Positions 13,180-13,606 of a DNA stretch of 13,606 nt are shown one piece after another. Made by a program: the position numbers and the translations under genes. Under the pieces are notes generated by a model that was not told the DNA's origin, searched no databases, and was given only the letters and a program-made list of their open reading frames with translations. This DNA comes from Candidatus Uhrbacteria bacterium (GTDB lineage: Bacteria; Patescibacteriota; Patescibacteriia; JACQRZ01). Numbering within the stretch: the first letter of the stretch is position 1; each line of letters begins with the position of its first letter. The stretch covers positions 1 through 13,606 of the forward strand of contig JACPMJ010000018.1 of NCBI GenBank assembly GCA_016186045.1, written 5' to 3'.

Positions 13180-13207
13180 GTAGTCACCCTCCTTTCAAAG
13201 AGCGTAG

Positions 13208-13554
13208 TGGAGATGCGGAGAGTCGAACTCCGGTGTCCACTGTCAGCCAAGGTACATCTACGCGCATAGTTACTCGTTTTCAGTGAGCAACACCTGTTTT
13301 GCTTGAGGCGCAAACCGCCGTCCGGGAATTTCTCGCCACCCGTTGGCCAGCACATTGTTCTTAATCGCGACGATCCGTGCCAGAATCGCGATCCAGTCTC
13401 TCCTTTTCGTCTGACCCAGCTACAGAGACACCCTCACTGGCAGACGCTTTGGCTAAGCAGCCGCGGTTGTGTTTTTGTCTCTTTTAACGAATTGAGACAA
13501 ACTTCGACGCGCAGTACTCTCCACTGATCAGCAGATCGAAACCGTTACATCCCC
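13208..13554 (-). ncRNA. ssrA: tmRNA (ssrA), ~347 nt, CCA not encoded
   Basis: 5' end GGGGAUGUAACGGUUUCGAUCUG fits the tmRNA consensus GGGG...GGnUUCGA. 3' end ...CGGAG-UUCGACU-CUCCG-CAUCUCC-A is a T-arm directly joined to the acceptor 3' strand. The acceptor GGGGAUG/CAUCUCC carries the G3.U70 alanine identity pair, with discriminator A. An internal tag-like frame (GAC AAA AAC ACA ACC GCG GCU GCU UAG, ...DKNTTAAA*) lies ~75-100 nt from the 5' end. The region has no credible ORF. Confidence 0.75.
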
Positions 13555-13606
13555 CTTCAATCCCAGAAACACCCTATCTGGGATTGGAGGCGAATGTATC
13601 GATCTC

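Noticed and set aside
13201-13260. A T-arm-like GGAGTTCGACTCTCC with a partial acceptor on the minus strand, first read as a truncated tRNA / att-site remnant
   Set aside because: It lacks D and anticodon arms. Extending the read showed it is the 3' tRNA-like domain of a full tmRNA whose 5' GGGGAUG...GGUUUCGA half lies at 13554, so it is reported as ssrA instead.
11019-13355. ORFs 11019..11768(+), 11179..11457(-), 11239..11526(+), 11474..11977(+), 11551..11799(-), 11793..12044(+), 11935..12183(-), 12492..12722(+), 12772..13269(+), 12890..13084(+), 13047..13355(-), 13303..13527(+)
   Set aside because: These are Arg/Ser-rich low-complexity products typical of wrong-frame translation of GC-rich DNA. 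They overlap rtcB, the SD-supported minus-strand genes or the tmRNA.
1-13606. Alternative genetic code (UGA=Gly, code 25) suggested by the CPR-like look
   Set aside because: Reading through the TGA stops of the TrmB-like paralog 1, parD or the 215-aa gene runs into terminators or nonsense. Gene ends coincide with TAA/TGA stops followed by terminators, so the standard code fits.
1-13606. CRISPR arrays, rRNA genes, integrases/transposases
   Set aside because: I looked for regularly spaced direct repeats and for recombinase-like ORFs and found none. The only repeats are the terminator modules, MITE-like elements and operator copies described above.

Overview
The window looks bacterial (tRNA-His with an encoded G-1 and CCA; a tmRNA gene), moderately AT-rich with compact genes, switching to a visibly GC-richer block from about 11.1 kb to the end. 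Two RNA genes are absent from the ORF track: tRNA-His(GTG) at 647..721 (+) and a tmRNA (ssrA) at 13208..13554 (-). The stand-out coding feature is a minus-strand gene (819..2522/2567) whose product I recognise as a shortened homolog of the eukaryotic major vault protein (MVP repeats, then a shoulder/SPFH-like domain, then a cap-helix coiled coil). It sits in an accessory-looking segment bracketed by the 3' ends of tRNA-His and ssrA. Content of that segment:
- two paralogous TrmB-like wHTH regulators, each divergently paired with a minus-strand gene;
- a frameshifted COG1373/DUF4143 AAA+ ATPase;
- a ParD/RelE toxin-antitoxin pair with a perfect 20-bp operator palindrome in its promoter;
- RtcB RNA ligase, divergent from an unrecognised 306-aa protein;
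- several hypothetical proteins, two with apparent frameshifts.
Non-coding structure is rich:
- a four-member family of terminator modules (ACCCCATRAAARCATCTCC-variable loop-GGAGGTGTTTTTG), the first contiguous with the tRNA-His 3' end;
- a second terminator family shared by two minus-strand genes;
- two homologous ~170-195-bp MITE-like/structured elements with GTTGCAAAAC-containing inverted termini;
- a cluster of three perfect inverted repeats at 5191..5354;
- two copies of a 48-bp split palindromic (tetO-half-site-like) operator in front of two adjacent GC-rich genes.
No CRISPR array, rRNA, integrase or transposase was found.
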